64,000 nt of DNA, taken from the NCBI RefSeq assembly GCF_001194135.2, contig NC_068981.1, positions 157,276,448 through 157,340,447 of the forward strand. The letters run 5' to 3'. Below the pieces are notes generated by a model. That model made no database searches, had not been told where the DNA came from, and saw only the letters and a list, made by a program, of their open reading frames with translations. Shown here one piece after another: positions 1-13,184 of this stretch. This DNA is from Octopus bimaculoides (Eukaryota). A program made the translations under genes and the position numbers. Each line of letters begins with the position of its first letter. Positions within the stretch are counted from its first letter, which is position 1.

Positions 1-194
1 TAACAAAAATAGCAGGACTTACAAATATATATACCATACAGAAAATTGCACTACTGGGTACTGCACACATTCTACGCAAAACACTTTCAATACAGTAAAC
101 ATAAAAGCACCACAGCAAACCACAGCACATACCCAAGGCGCACAGAGCTGCGCTCGGTAGTGAAGTGAAAGCACGTTATAAAAATAAAACTACT

Positions 195-241
195 GAACAA
201 CAACAACAACAACAACAACAATAATAATAATAATGGTGGTG

Positions 242-277
<36 letters not shown>
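195..277. repeat. Compound microsatellite (AAC)n(AAT)n(GGT)n(AGT)n
   Basis: Read directly from the sequence. Confidence 0.95.
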
Positions 278-455
278 ATTTTAACACAAGCATAAGGTCT
301 AACATTTGTGTGGATATTATAGAACTTGATTGGTATTTCTTTTAACGACTTCGGTAAAATGAAAGAGTGGTGACCCTAATTGAATTTGAACTCAAAACGT
401 AAAGGTACGTTACTAATTCGTAATCCTTCTTTTATATCTTGTTTCTTCTTCACAG

Positions 456-849
456 TAAAACAAGCAACACATTTGACCCACGTCGGTTTAAATTGAATGA
501 GGAAAGAATCAAACACCATTTACGCCAAGATGCGTCAAAGAAAGAGACAAAAAGTAGTAAATGTAATATTCCTGACCCAAAGAACAGCAGCAATTCTTTA
601 TCAAACAGCAAAAGTAACAACAAAGAATATAGGCGACAGTACTGCGCTAAGTCTTTATCAAACAGCATCAATTCTTCCACAGTTAGTTTAGAATCGACTC
701 CAATCATCTCGAAGCAAATGGTTGAAAGAGGAACCATGGCTTGTATGCCACACTTATACACTATTTCTATGGAGAAATCTCAAGCGAGACGAAAGGACCA
801 TATCATATTAAAGGACAAGAATGGGCATTGCGTTGGTTATGCTATACCT
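456..849 (+). CDS. Putative internal exon of an unidentified gene
   Basis: TTTCTTCTTCACAG| acceptor, 131 open codons (KTSNTFDPRRF...GHCVGYAIP), perfect |GTAAGT donor at 850. No family recognised. Confidence 0.65.
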
Positions 850-2662
850 GTAAGTATAATTATATACCACAGTATATACAGCTCCCTGTAAGACCACAAT
901 ATAATTATGTAGTTGTTTCGGTCAATCAGTATATATTACCAGTACTTATAGGGAAAAGGAAAAAAAGTTCATGCTGTTCTAGGCAGAATTCTTATTTTTT
1001 TATTGCCCACAAGGGGCTAAACATAGAGGGGACAAACAAGGTCAGACAAATGGATTTAGTCGAATACATCGACCCAGTGCGTAACTGGTACTTAATTTAT
1101 CGACCCCGAAAGGATGAAAGGCAAAGTTGACCATGGCGGAAATTGAACTCAGAACGTAACGGAAGACGAAATACCGCTAAGCATTTCGCCCAGGGTGCTA
1201 ACGTTTCTGCCAGCTTGCCGTTCAAGGCAGATTTCTATCGATATTTCACTCCCAAGATGCTGCTCAATCTGATGCTATATAGTAGAAGACATGTATCCAA
1301 TGTACCACACTGCACAGTAGGATTGAACCCAGATTCATATGACTGCAAAATGGATTTAACCATACTCATGTTTCTAGCTGTATTTTAACCTTATTCGTCC
1401 AGTATCGTTGTAATGGTGACAGAAATTGGTTGCCGAATTGTGGTCAACACTAACTTTTATCGTCCGGGTATTGATAACATAATCATAGAAATAGTGCTAA
1501 TTCGATCGCGATTTATACCTTAAAAACAGGCCATTTAATAAAAATAATAATAAGTATTTTTTTAATTTTTTTTTTTACTTGCTAGCCCTAGAGGAATGGA
1601 CAGTGCAAGCGCTTTAGACGTTGAGATTTATGCTATTAATGTTCTTCTGGAACTTTTCTAATTTAATAATTGCTGGAAAGATATAAACATGAAAGAAGGG
1701 AAGAAAGACTGGATAGAGTGGTTAGTGTGGGACCTGGGGCGAAGTTAGACACAACAAGGGTGATGAGAGGAAGGGAGAAAAGTAGGTTGAGAATATCAGA
1801 GTGGAGGTGGTATGGACCGAGCCAGCGAAAATATAATGATATTTATGGAGTTCTGCAAATAGTATATTTTATTTCTTTCACTTGTCAAACTTATCATATA
1901 AATCGCAGATTAAGATTACTAGAATCTGTCTGTCTATATGTCTGTCTCTGTCTCTCTGTTTCTTTCTCTTTCTCCCTTTCATATTAATAATAAACTGAAT
2001 GATTACGACATCCGTAAGAAATGCTTTTATTATATACCTGTCTTTACCTTTTTCCTTCTTTAAAGTTGATAATTTAATTTAATCTAATGCAATACTAAAT
2101 AGGCCCTAGATTCATGACCACATCGTACTGATGAAATCCAAACAGATTTGAAATAACAGTTAAATAAGAATGTTAAGGATTCTATGATTAAAAAATAAAA
2201 GGCAGAAAATTTGATCCAATAAATGCACGAATATATTTTATTTATTTTACTTCACCAACGAAAAAATAATATATATATATATATATAATAAATGGAGAAA
2301 AACGCATATAATCAATAAGTTCCTTTAATTCCTACATATGTTTCAAAAATTATATGCACTCTACTCCAAAGAAGTTGTTTATTGTGTCCAAAAATTAATA
2401 CTACCTAATCTTATTGAAGTTTTCTCCTTTGCATATTGTTTTATATTTTAAACACCGTCTACAGGAAGTTTATTTTACTAATTGCTTGGATAATATCACT
2501 TTGTCAAAGATTTTCAACTCTCTACATTAAATATGTGAAACCCTAATTTATATCTGTTATGTTGAAAGGTCGACACTATATTCTTTGATATAATTATACT
2601 GTTAATACTGGTGATAAAATTCAGTACAAAAATTCAAAATCAATTATTGCCTTTCTCGTTAG

Positions 2663-2773
2663 CTAGACACAAGGAAATGGGTTGCTGAGTCACGTGATGA
2701 GCAAGAAAGGAGCAGCAGTATGTCTTCGATGATACCATATGGCCAAAATAACACTGATAAACACGAACAACAA
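2663..2773 (+). CDS. Putative next exon of the same gene
   Basis: CCTTTCTCGTTAG| acceptor, phase 0, LDTRKWVAESRDEQERSSSMSSMIPYGQNNTDKHEQQ, |GTATTA donor. Confidence 0.45.
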
Positions 2774-2844
2774 GTATTAATATTCTCTTTTTATTTCTTT
2801 ATTTCTCCTTGTATGTATGAACATATGCATATATGTGTGCATAT

Positions 2845-3204
2845 TGTTGTTGGCATTCCGTCGCTTACGACGTCGAGGGTTCCAGTTGATCCGATCAACG
2901 GAATAGCCTGCTCGTGAAATTAACGTGCAAGTGGCTGAGCACTCCACAGACACGTGTACCCTTAACGTAGTTCTCGGGGATATTCAGCGTGACACAGAGT
3001 GACAAGGCTGACCCTTTGAATTACAGGCACAACAGAAACAGGAAGTAAGAGTGAGAGAAAGTTGTGGTGGACGAGTACAGCCTCGTGGAGCTTTAGGTGT
3101 GGTGTTTTCGCTCAATAAACACTTACAGCGCCCACTCTGGGAATCGAAACCGCGATCCTATGACCGCGAGTCCGCTGCCCTAACCACTGGGCCATTACGC
3201 CTCC
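2845..3204 (-). mobile_element. tRNA(Arg)-like SINE (octopus OR-type), family A
   Basis: tRNA-like head, shared body, (AAC)n tail; 10-bp TSD GTGTGCATAT at 2835 and 3205. Confidence 0.85.
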
Positions 3205-4676
3205 GTGTGCATATATGCATCCATGTATCAATGTTTTATATATCATACTAGTAAACGTACCCTCCCCCCAGTCCATTGGATGGTTTGTATAGGTGAAGAG
3301 CGCTAACTTGGATGGTGTTAAGTTGTGGAGATGTTTGGTGAATGTATGGGGTTGTTACTTTTAGTTAGGGCATTAAAGATTCCTGAGACGTTAAAACTAT
3401 TGACTGTTTCTTCTAAATAAGGAAAATTGATTGATAGTGAATCTTAACGCAGTGAACCTTTTCAAAATTGTCATGAGGCCAATATATGCAACTTCCAGTG
3501 GAACTGGACATCATAATTAGCCTTAAACTTTTTGCATTCAAACACTTTCACATTAGGATAAGCACAATGTACTCTTCCTTAATACATGCATCATGTTGAC
3601 ACCTATATGTCAGACTGAACACTGTTTTATTTCCAAAGTGAATATTGCAAGTAATATTTAAGCAATAAACAGTTCTTTGGTTTTTGCATTTGACGACTGT
3701 TGCTTTACGTATTTTCTTTCGATTTTCACTGGCGTAGTGGTAGAACTATGGGATAAGTAACATTAGTTTCGAATAAAAATATAAATGGAAGTTTTAGTCA
3801 TCCGATGGACAGGCAGACAGAAACTGCTACTCAATAAAGGCGCAAGAATGTATTGGGAAGTCTCTCTTCTTTCAAAAACCAACACAAAAAGAGTTGCAAC
3901 TCGGGGGTGAGAAAATACAATGTGCAATAAAATAACATAAGGCATGTTCTTTGCAAATCAATTTTATCACAAAAATTGAACGATACCGTTAATTTTTTAA
4001 AGTTGGATGAGAAATGTTACGCAAGGTTTTAGATGTAACCCACCCAAATTTTTCATGTTTTATAAGCAATCAATTAGTCTTTTCTATTTTCAATTGAATT
4101 TTGTTGAGAATATTTCAGAAAATTGAGTAATCACCAGTTATTTATTTTCACTTAAAGTAACTACCTTTTCCTAGTAGTTTTTCATGTCAGCTGGTTTATT
4201 GCACAAAAAAAAACAGCCGTAAGAACACATTTGACCACGAATGCACGTGGTTGATTACAGTTGATTAAAGTTAGAGTGATATTGATTTTTTTTAACCGCT
4301 TACAAACGTGTGAAAGTGCAGAAATGAATACAGCTGTTCGTTGTCAAATATTTAAGTCAAGATGGGACTGTATTTACAAATAGCAAGCTTTATTTACATA
4401 TATCTGTCATTTAAATCGGAAAACATAGAAATGAATTGTTTAGAACGTCGGTTAATGAACAGGATGGCGGAGGAAACAGGACAAAAAGATTACAAAAATA
4501 GCAATTCTCACTTTAAAACCGACAATTTTGAAAATCTTTTTAGATTACGGAATGCCCCGCACTCTCATGTATCCCTGTTTAAAATTTCAGGGCGATCGGA
4601 TGAACAATGCTCGAGTTATAAGCGCACAAAAAACAGATAGACAGAACCGGAGTTATATATTATATTATATTATATA

Positions 4677-5573
4677 CTAGCATAAATACCCGGCTTTGCC
4701 CGGGTTAAAGAGAATAATGAAATCTAAAAACGCCGTCTAGACTACGCAACCCTCAACTGTTAGTAGCTACGATACCATATTTCTACATTAATAACTCTCC
4801 AATCCATGCCAGCATGGAACATAGACATTAAGTGGAATGCCAGTGTCTCATCTAGGAGGGCCTTGAAATCAATGTTACCAACTGGGGACTATGTGTGTCG
4901 TAGTGATAATAAAAAGACCCAAAGGAGGTCTGCAACGAAATAATTTTACTCAACACTTTGCTAGTGAATCAGTGGAGGCAAAGATGCGTCTCATTTACTT
5001 GACAATTTATGCACCACNNNNNNNNNNNNNNNNNNNNNNNNNNNNNNNNNNNNNNNNNNNNNNNNNNNNNNNNNNNNNNNNNNNNNNNNNNNNNNNNNNN
5101 NNNNNNNNNNNNNNNNNNNNNNNNNNNNNNNNNNNNNNNNNNNNNNNNNNNNNNNNNNNNNNNNNNNNNNNNNNNNNNNNNNNNNNNNNNNNNNNNNNNN
5201 NNNNNNNNNNNNNNNNNNNNNNNNNNNNNNNNNNNNNNNNNNNNNNNNNNNNNNNNNNNNNNNNNNNNNNNNNNNNNNNNNNNNNNNNNNNNNNNNNNNN
5301 NNNNNNNNNNNNNNNNNNNNNNNNNNNNNNNNNNNNNNNNNNNNNNNNNNNNNNNNNNNNNNNNNNNNNNNNNNNNNNNNNNNNNNNNNNNNNNNNNNNN
5401 NNNNNNNNNNNNNNNNNNNNNNNNNNNNNNNNNNNNNNNNNNNNNNNNNNNNNNNNNNNNNNNNNNNNNNNNNNNNNNNNNNNNNNNNNNNNNNNNNNNN
5501 NNNNNNNNNNNNNNNNNNNNNNNNNNNNNNNNNTATACGTGTACATATACATGTATATGTATACATATACATC

Positions 5574-5604
<31 letters not shown>

Positions 5605-5930
5605 CTCTGAAAGTATCTGTCATTACAGTATTGAAATGTGATTGTTTCAGTTAGTAGAATAGTTTCATTTTTAAAGTGAAAGTATTTGACATGAGTGTTT
5701 TTGTTTCACTTTTGACACGTAATACTTAAATAGTGGAGGAGATATTATGTTGCCGTAGGCTCGAACTCTGCAAGAAGTTAACATTTTTTTGACTAAAACA
5801 CAACTGGAACCCTAAATAAGGCATCTGTAAAATTTGAATGAAATTGGTTGCGTAGTTCTCGAGTTTTAGGGATTCACACACACAGACAGACAGACAGACA
5901 GACACACATTCTCATTTTTATATATAGAGA
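4677..5930 (-). mobile_element. Non-autonomous Helitron with both termini (spans an N gap)
   Basis: Minus strand A|TCTCTATATATAAAAATGAG start at 5930; 3' hairpin ACCCGG-CTTTGC-CCGGGT (4688-4705) then CTAG|T at 4677; AT target site. Confidence 0.85.
5018..5533. other. Assembly gap (other gaps 10274-10306, 39346-39468, 46547-46894, 59755-59838)
   Basis: Runs of N. Confidence 1.
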
Positions 5931-6229
5931 TTATGCGTGAGTGAGTGTGTGCGAACGATTGCATGTTAACTTTTTTATCAGGAAAATGTTGACAGTGACG
6001 TCGAAGTTTAGGTTTGTTCGCCGTCATCAGACTCTGGTTTACTTTGGTTCTTTCAGGATTTTAGCAGGTTTTTTTCATATGGTAGGTGGTGTAATGAGAA
6101 TGAGAATTACATAAGTTGTAGGTAGACAGAGGAAGTGGTTGCGTAAAGAAGAGGAATAGAGAAGGAAAGGAAGAAAATATGTGTTTGTAGAGTATGGATT
6201 AAAAGAAATATACAGTGGAGACAGTTATT

Positions 6230-8640
6230 CTGGTTTGATGCTGCATCCATTTTAGTACGCCAAGGACCGAATTGTGCATATGCTGTCATGTTGCACCCTC
6301 AAATCCTCGAGTCCATCAAGCTGCTTTCGTCCCCTCGTAACTTAGAACATGCGCCTTAGTTACAATACAACCTTCATCCTTAGCGTTGAAGAAGTAGTTG
6401 AGGACCACTCTCACCATGAGAATGTGTTGAGATATCTTTCCTAAGCGTCTCTTTTAAGTTTCCCTCTATTTCATTTCTTTTTATCGCTATGGCTTTACTA
6501 AACCTGATTGATTCTACTCTAATCATCCGTTTCGGGGCAAATCATCACTTGTTGTTGACGACAGACCCCGCCAACGCCCACTTAACCAATTTGCTAATCT
6601 GGTCTCTGTAAGTACATCTGCCGGGAGTGATGCGTTCAGTTTCCATTGACAGGGTCCCTGCCTGCAAAATCTAGCTAGGTTGGCCGTGTAGAAATTGTAG
6701 TTTATTCTAGCCAACGATTTAAAAAAGTGGACAACCTATACTATCCTGATCTACTAGTCCATCTAGATATGACCCACATGAGCTGATGAGATGCATCCAT
6801 ATCCGCATTGGCACACTCGGAAACATCTGAGCAGGTTTGCAAGGCTTTTGCACTTCCCACTCATGTCAGCTAGCCTCACACATCTCAAACGGATATCCAA
6901 GATAGTTTTCTAGTCACTTAAAATTGTGATGTTCCCAGGAAAAGTTCCAGACATCTGAAGAAATCCAGCTGTCCTGATTCTGTCGGAGCATAAACAGTCA
7001 CTAGTCGGAATGCACCCTCTTCACACTCAGGACCAACTTTCTAGGTCCAAGAAGATGATCTGTAGCATGAGATCCAAACCTTTCCAAAATAATACTACAG
7101 TTGTCTCTGCTATTCCCGGTCAACGTGGAGATAAATATACCCCGTATCCACCGAACATGGGAATAAGGGCTTGTGCATCGGAAAATCTGGTCTCGCTGAT
7201 AAGCAATACATCCTTGAAGCTGTTCAGCAGGTGGCCCGGTTTCCAAGGACTCCAGACCACATGCATTCACACTGTCATTCTAAGTGTAGTGATGTTGGAT
7301 GAGAGAGAAAGAGAATGAAAATAAACATTTACTCTATTTCTGTGGAGGAACAGGTGTTTTGTCCTTCATGTTAGATGTGCGTATTTACACAAAGAGTTCT
7401 TTATATGGTCTATTGTTTGTTATTAAATTCTCCCTGACAATTTGTTTAGGGCATTTACTTTTTAAAGTGTTGTATATGTGTTGCAAAATTGGATAATTTT
7501 TACGTGTAATGGGATGTATTTATCGCGTGTGATACTAGTATTTTCATGTATGTGTTCCACTATTGTTTCATTGTTTGTATTTATGGCAGTGTAGTTAATG
7601 TCTTATTTTTATTCATGTTGAGAGATGTTTCCTGACTGTTGGTGTGTTTGTGCTTCTGATGGCACTCGTGGTGGTGATGGGTATAATAGTGTTGATAGTG
7701 TTGTTAGGAGTAATGTTGATGCATCGTCCCCTAGTTATTTGCATCTTGCCTTTCTTATTGCTTGCCGTTTGGTGTCCTCCTCATCACCTTCACTACATGA
7801 CATATCTGAGTGCTGTGAGTCAGGGAGGGTTATGGTGTTGTTTTGTTGATATGGGTGTTGTTGTTTTGGGGGTTTCTGTTGTTTTTACTTCTGCTGCCAG
7901 TAATGTTGTTTTAGTTGTTTCCATTCTTGCTGTAGCTGTATTAAATGATGCAGTCGCTGTTGTTGACGACTGCCTCTGTTGGCGTTGTTGTTGCTGCAGC
8001 TGCTGTTGTCGTGGGTGTGGTGGCGGTGACGGCAGAAGAGGTGGTTTCCATTCTTTCCTTTGCTGTGGGCAGAAAGCCTTAACGTAGTTTGTGTCATCAC
8101 ACAAATGATACCCTAACTTTCTGTCTTCGACAGCTGAGTGTAATTTTGTACCGTCTGCTAGATTAATCAGAAGCAGGATGGCTTCCATACTCTGGTGACC
8201 CGTTTGGATTAGTAGTTCTATCCCCTGCCCCGACCAATTATTGTTTCTACAGCCTCTGGATTGGTTTTCTCCTTTACATCGAAGTGGGCCACTGACACCA
8301 ACTAATAAATTATTTCTGAGTACACGTTGACTATTTTTATTAAAACCTACAGGCAGGGTAAATCAGTATTTGACTTCGTCACTCGTTAGGCTGGTGGCGG
8401 AGTGTTTTCTGGATATCCTCTGTAATGAGTCTGCTGTTCCGAACTTCTTTCCTCTGGCTATTCATGTTCTTGTGCTCCAGATTGGTCTGAAGCACTTTTC
8501 AGTATATTGGCATGTAGCTTGTTCTTTTTTTTTAAAGCGTTTTGTTGCCATAGTTTCCTATGACTGCTCGAAAATAGATTTGTTGTTGGATGGATCTTGG
8601 TATACAGAGTGCCACATTTTGGCCACATTTCTTTAATATA
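6230..8640 (-). mobile_element. Decayed L1/Tx1-clade LINE (ORF1 remnant and APE endonuclease start of ORF2)
   Basis: Degenerate knuckle VEDRKLGYHLCDDTNYVKAFCP; T/Q-rich linker; VNACGL, LLISETRF, FRLVTVYAPT and GPCQWKLNASL endonuclease motifs across frames. Confidence 0.7.
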
Positions 8641-8991
8641 CTTTACATACTTTTTAGTTCATTTAAGTCAATAAGTATTTCTTTGCTCATTCGATCCATT
8701 GTATCGACGAAACTGCTAATGCTAGATTTGCATTTTTTTTTTTGTATAGGATAAATAAAATGTTACGACATCAATGTCTTTCTTTCTTGAGTGTTTTTGC
8801 TATACATATAAAGAAAAATGGGTACACCTCGGAATCAAAACTAGAAAGTATAACTAGCTCACTTCCAGGAAGCATGATTGTTACCATGTTTTTTTTTTCT
8901 TACCTGCTTTAAGATTTAAGTCCTTGTATCTGACATATGAAATCTGTATGCTCGCTATTTATTACATGTTGTTTAAATATTCACCCAACAG

Positions 8992-9264
8992 ATTTTGAAA
9001 ACCAGGCACACTACCAACTTAACATCATCATATACAGACCATGGCCCTCATAGGCTGAAACCAACGGTGCTTTATATTCACAGTAATATTCATCAAAAAA
9101 ATATCAGAAATTCTAGCATGAACCCTAATACAAGACACCGTAAAGGTGTAACTAAAGAGTATACTTTTAACCAAGGATGGGGTATTTTACCTCAGGCCAA
9201 GAAGCTGACTGGATGGATTCCTCACACACATCCTATTCGTAATAACAATACAAGCACTCAGTAG
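8992..9264 (+). CDS. Putative terminal exon of the same gene
   Basis: TCACCCAACAG| acceptor, phase 0, ILKTRHTT...GWGILPQAKKLTGWIPHTHP...STQ*; non-repetitive sequence. Confidence 0.4.
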   Translation: MLKTRHTTNLTSSYTDHGPHRLKPTVLYIHSNIHQKNIRNSSMNPNTRHRKGVTKEYTFNQGWGILPQAKKLTGWIPHTHPIRNNNTSTQ

Positions 9265-9382
9265 ACATACTTATTTATAAATATAATGCCTGATTGCTTG
9301 TGTTCAAATTGATTTACCTACCTACCTATCTACCAATCTAACTACCTACTTACATACATACACAAGTTCATACCTAATACTC

Positions 9383-9650
9383 TGTTGCTTACGACTACGA
9401 GAGTTCCAGCTGATCCAATCAACAAAACAGGCTGCTCGTGAAATTAATGTGCAAGTGGCTGAGCACTCCACAGATCAGTGTGACACAGAATCTTACAAGG
9501 CTGGCCCTTCGAATTACAGGTATAACTCGCTTTTGCTAGCTGAGTGGACTGGAGCAATGTGAAATAAAGTGTCTTGCTCAAGGACACAAAGCGCTGCCAG
9601 TAACCGAACTCATGACTTTATGATATCCTAACCCTTAGCCACACACCTGC
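9383..9650 (-). mobile_element. CORE-type SINE (family B) sharing the family A tail; second copy at 61050-61372 (+)
   Basis: TGTGTCCTTGAGCAAGACACTTTATTTCACATTGCTCCAG CORE-like block followed by the GAGCACT/GTGCTCAGCCACTTGCAC tail. Confidence 0.7.
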
Positions 9651-10306
9651 ATACATACATACATACATACATACATACGCATGCATGCATGCACACACAC
9701 ACACACAGTGCATAAATTACTAGTACATAAGAAACTGGCTTTTTACCATCCAGGTATCAAATTCGAGTCATGCTTGATTGTTTTATTTTTATTTACTTAT
9801 TTCTAGCATCGATAGATCCACTGGAGACAGGTGTTCAAATCAAACAACTTATAGGAAAGGAACCTATCATTGTCTCAAGGTTCAAGTCAACACCTTGAAA
9901 TGGCAGATGTTTTTGCTTTTGTCACATATCTTTCATTGATAGTCTTCAAAACATGTAGCTCATGCTCTGCACATCTCCTAATTATGTTCCAAACCCTAAT
10001 TATGTTCTCAATTTTTGTATTTGAAAGTTTTTGTATTTCTTCTGAAATAAAATTCACAAAATTTTAATGACTTTTTTTTTTTTTTGAACGGTGAATCTTG
10101 AATCAGATAATGCTATAAATAAGAATGTAAATATTGGTTTTAAAAATATTTGGATAGAAAAAAGTTGAAGGCTGCCCATGGGACTTGAACTGACATTTTT
10201 TTTTTTTGGGTTTTATTATTTGAAGGAATGAGAAATACCAGTTGTAATCATCATCATCATCACCATCGTTTAANNNNNNNNNNNNNNNNNNNNNNNNNNN
10301 NNNNNN

Positions 10307-10870
10307 ATCGTTTAACATCCGCTTTCCATGCTAGCATGGGTTGGACGATTTGACTGAGGACTGGTGAAATCAGATGGCTACACCAGGCTCCAATCTGATC
10401 TGGCAGACTTTCTACAGCTGGATGCCCTTCCTAACGCCAACCACTCAGAGAGTGTAGTGGGTGCTTTTACGTGTCACCGGCACGAAGGCCAGTCAGGAGG
10501 TACTGGCAACGGCCACGCTCAAAATGGTGTATTTTACGTGCCACCTGCACAGGAGCCAGTCCAGCGGCACTGGCACCATCTCGCTCGAATGTCTTTACAC
10601 GTACCACTGGCACAAGTGCAAGGAAGGTGATGCTGGGCACAGGTGCCATCACGATTTCGCTTCGCTTGCCCCAACAGGTCCCGAGTTTCGTGTCCTGCAT
10701 AGGAGCCAGTCCAGCGGCACGGGCAACGATCTCACTCGAATGTCTTTACATGTGCCAGGAGGGCGACGCTGGGCACAGGTGCCATCATGATTTCACTTCG
10801 CTTGCCCCAACAGGTCTTCACAATGAAGACAACGTTGGCATGGGTGCCAGTCGTCCAGTTTAGTTCGATT
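10307..10870 (-). mobile_element. 3' region of an RTE-type retroelement with (GAT)n tail; other copies 11703-12010, 19524-19681, 59948-60045
   Basis: Minus strand ...GGTTGGCGTTAGGAAGGGCATCCAGCTGTAGAAA...CAACCCATGCTAGCATGGAAAGCGGATGTTAAACGAT(GAT)n; internal ~60-nt modules repeated. RTE link is inference. Confidence 0.7.
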
Positions 10871-13184
10871 TTTATTCCGATTCCGATTTCACTTGCCTCA
10901 ACAAGTGGAGTTTTGTGTCCAATGAAGGAAGGTGGGTAATTTCGTCCATCCACCACATCTCAATATACAAACTCTACTAACACCTCACATTCTTTCCTTC
11001 CTTTATGTTAAGTTGTTCTTATGTATATTGACCATTTTATGCACTTGGTTTGGCCTGCACTATAAGCAGGCACAAGTGTGACTGTGTGGTAAGAAATTTG
11101 CTTCTCAGTCCCACTACATGGCACCTTGGGCAAGTATCTTCTACTATAGCTGACCAGAACCTTGTGTGCAGATTTGGTAAATGGAATCTGAAAGAATCCA
11201 GTTGAGTGTGTGTGTGTGTGTGTGTGTGTGTCCCACCACTGCTTGACAACCATTGTTGGTGAGTTTATGTCACCGTAACATAGCAGTCCAGCACAAGAGA
11301 CTGATAGAATAAGTGCCAGGCTTAAAAAATAAGTACTGGAGTTGACTTTATCGACTAAAATTCTTGAAACTGGTTACTGAAACAAGTAAAAGACGTTTAT
11401 AGAAATAAATGTTCTTATTTGACCCAAGATAACTAGTTTACGTCTTGTTCCAACCAATAAAGCCAAAAGAACACATACTGAGTACTCACTTTCTCATTCG
11501 TTGACAAAGAAAATAACAGATCATACTGATCCATGGACATAGCACATGCAGCCTGGTATATATTTTATTGGTCCCTTTCAAACTACTATGCTTTTGATTT
11601 AAAGCAATGGTTATCAACCAGGGTATACATGACCCTTGGGGGTCTATATAAGATTTTGCTGTTAAAATTTATCTGCAATAAATTGGTTATACTTCTACAT
11701 TCATTATCATCATCATTGTCATTTAACGTCCACCTTCCATGCTAGCATGGGTTGGACGATTTGACTGAGGACTTGTGAACCAGATGGCTACACTAGGCTC
11801 CAATCTGATCCGACATGGTTTTTACAGCTGGATGCCCTTCCTAACGCCAACCACTCCGAGAGTGTAGTGGGTGCTTTTATGTGCCACCGGCACGAAGGCC
11901 AGTCAAGCGGTACTGGCAACGGCCATGCTCAAAATGGTGTATTTTACGTGCCACCTGCACAAGAGCCAGTCCAGCGACACTGGCAACGATCTCGCTCGAA
12001 TGTCTTTATGAAAAACACCATTTGTATGAACAGTGAGTTTTTATTTACAATCAATGTGTACGTCAAGACAAGGGAATACATACTTACTCACCCATGTAAT
12101 GGGCTTCTACTAGTTTATGTTGATCAAATTTCACTCACAAGGCAATGGTCAGCTTGCAGATATAGAAGACACCACCCAACAGCCAACCTAGTGAGGGTGA
12201 ATCCCTAACCATATGATTCTGAAGAAAACTGCTCAACCATATGGCCATGTGTGTGTGTGTAATGGTATGGAGTGCATGTAGTTTCTTAGTGTATGCAGAT
12301 GGGCAAGTATGGGAATGTAGTGATATAGGATAGTGGGTGAGTAGGAAAATGGTATGTAAACGAAATTATGTTGAATGTGAGCGGAAGGCATGGAGGGGAT
12401 ATATACATATACACACACACGCATATACATACATACATGCACACACACATATATGCATCCATACACTTAATAGTACACTGCTCATTTTTTAGGATAATTT
12501 ATATGCAAAATTTTAGTCTGTAGAGTAAAGAAAGTAATAACATCATAGACTTGTCTTCATTAAAAATACTGATCTGATTAGTCACCCTCTAAGGTTACCC
12601 ATTTTATGTCCACAGAAAGAGTAGTAGATTACAGGATCTATAATATAGGTTATTATAGTATATATATTAACCTAGGAATTTCTAAACCGGTTTGTCTAAT
12701 TTGTATATCAGTACATGTGCTGTCAATGTGAATTCATTAATTAGATGAGGGATTAACAAAATCAGAAACTAGTCTCATTGGTCTCCCTTTTTTTCTACCC
12801 ATGGAGGCAAAATGGTGGATGTACAGTTTCAATGGAGAAATAAAGTAAGCAATAATCAATGGTGAAACTCACATGATAATGGAAAATGGAACTTTAACTG
12901 TAATACTGATCAGGGTTACCTCGATCTATGTGAACTGTAGTAAACATCTATAGAACTGGTTATCATAGAGGTTATTAAATCTCCAACAGATAGTGTAGGA
13001 CCTTAATACTCTCCAGATGTTTATCCTGCATCACTCATTTTGAAGTCAAACAAGGAGAATGTCCTGCGGTGTTTTTAGTTTCAGACACTTATTTGAAAAA
13101 TTAGTTACAATGCTAAAAACTTTAATCCAGGCAAGCTAAATCAGATGATGATGATAATGATGATGATACCTACACAACAGAAAT

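Noticed and set aside
87-305. Poly-Leu/Pro ORF (also poly-Asn/Leu at 33220-33608)
   Set aside because: Translations of microsatellites.
2128-2153. CTGATGA...GAAA hammerhead core
   Set aside because: Stem II needs a bulge, and no stem I/III or NUH cleavage triplet can be built.
4891-5641. Long ORFs in the track here and at 46373-47108, 59600-59879
   Set aside because: Artefacts of N gaps and dinucleotide repeats.
10400-10510. Canonical HDV-like ribozyme fold of the module (P2 CCUGAC/GUUAGG, P3 GGC/GCC)
   Set aside because: No C-R-A-A J4/2, L3 is one nt short, and P3 is broken in the other modules; the H-type pseudoknot explains the variation better.
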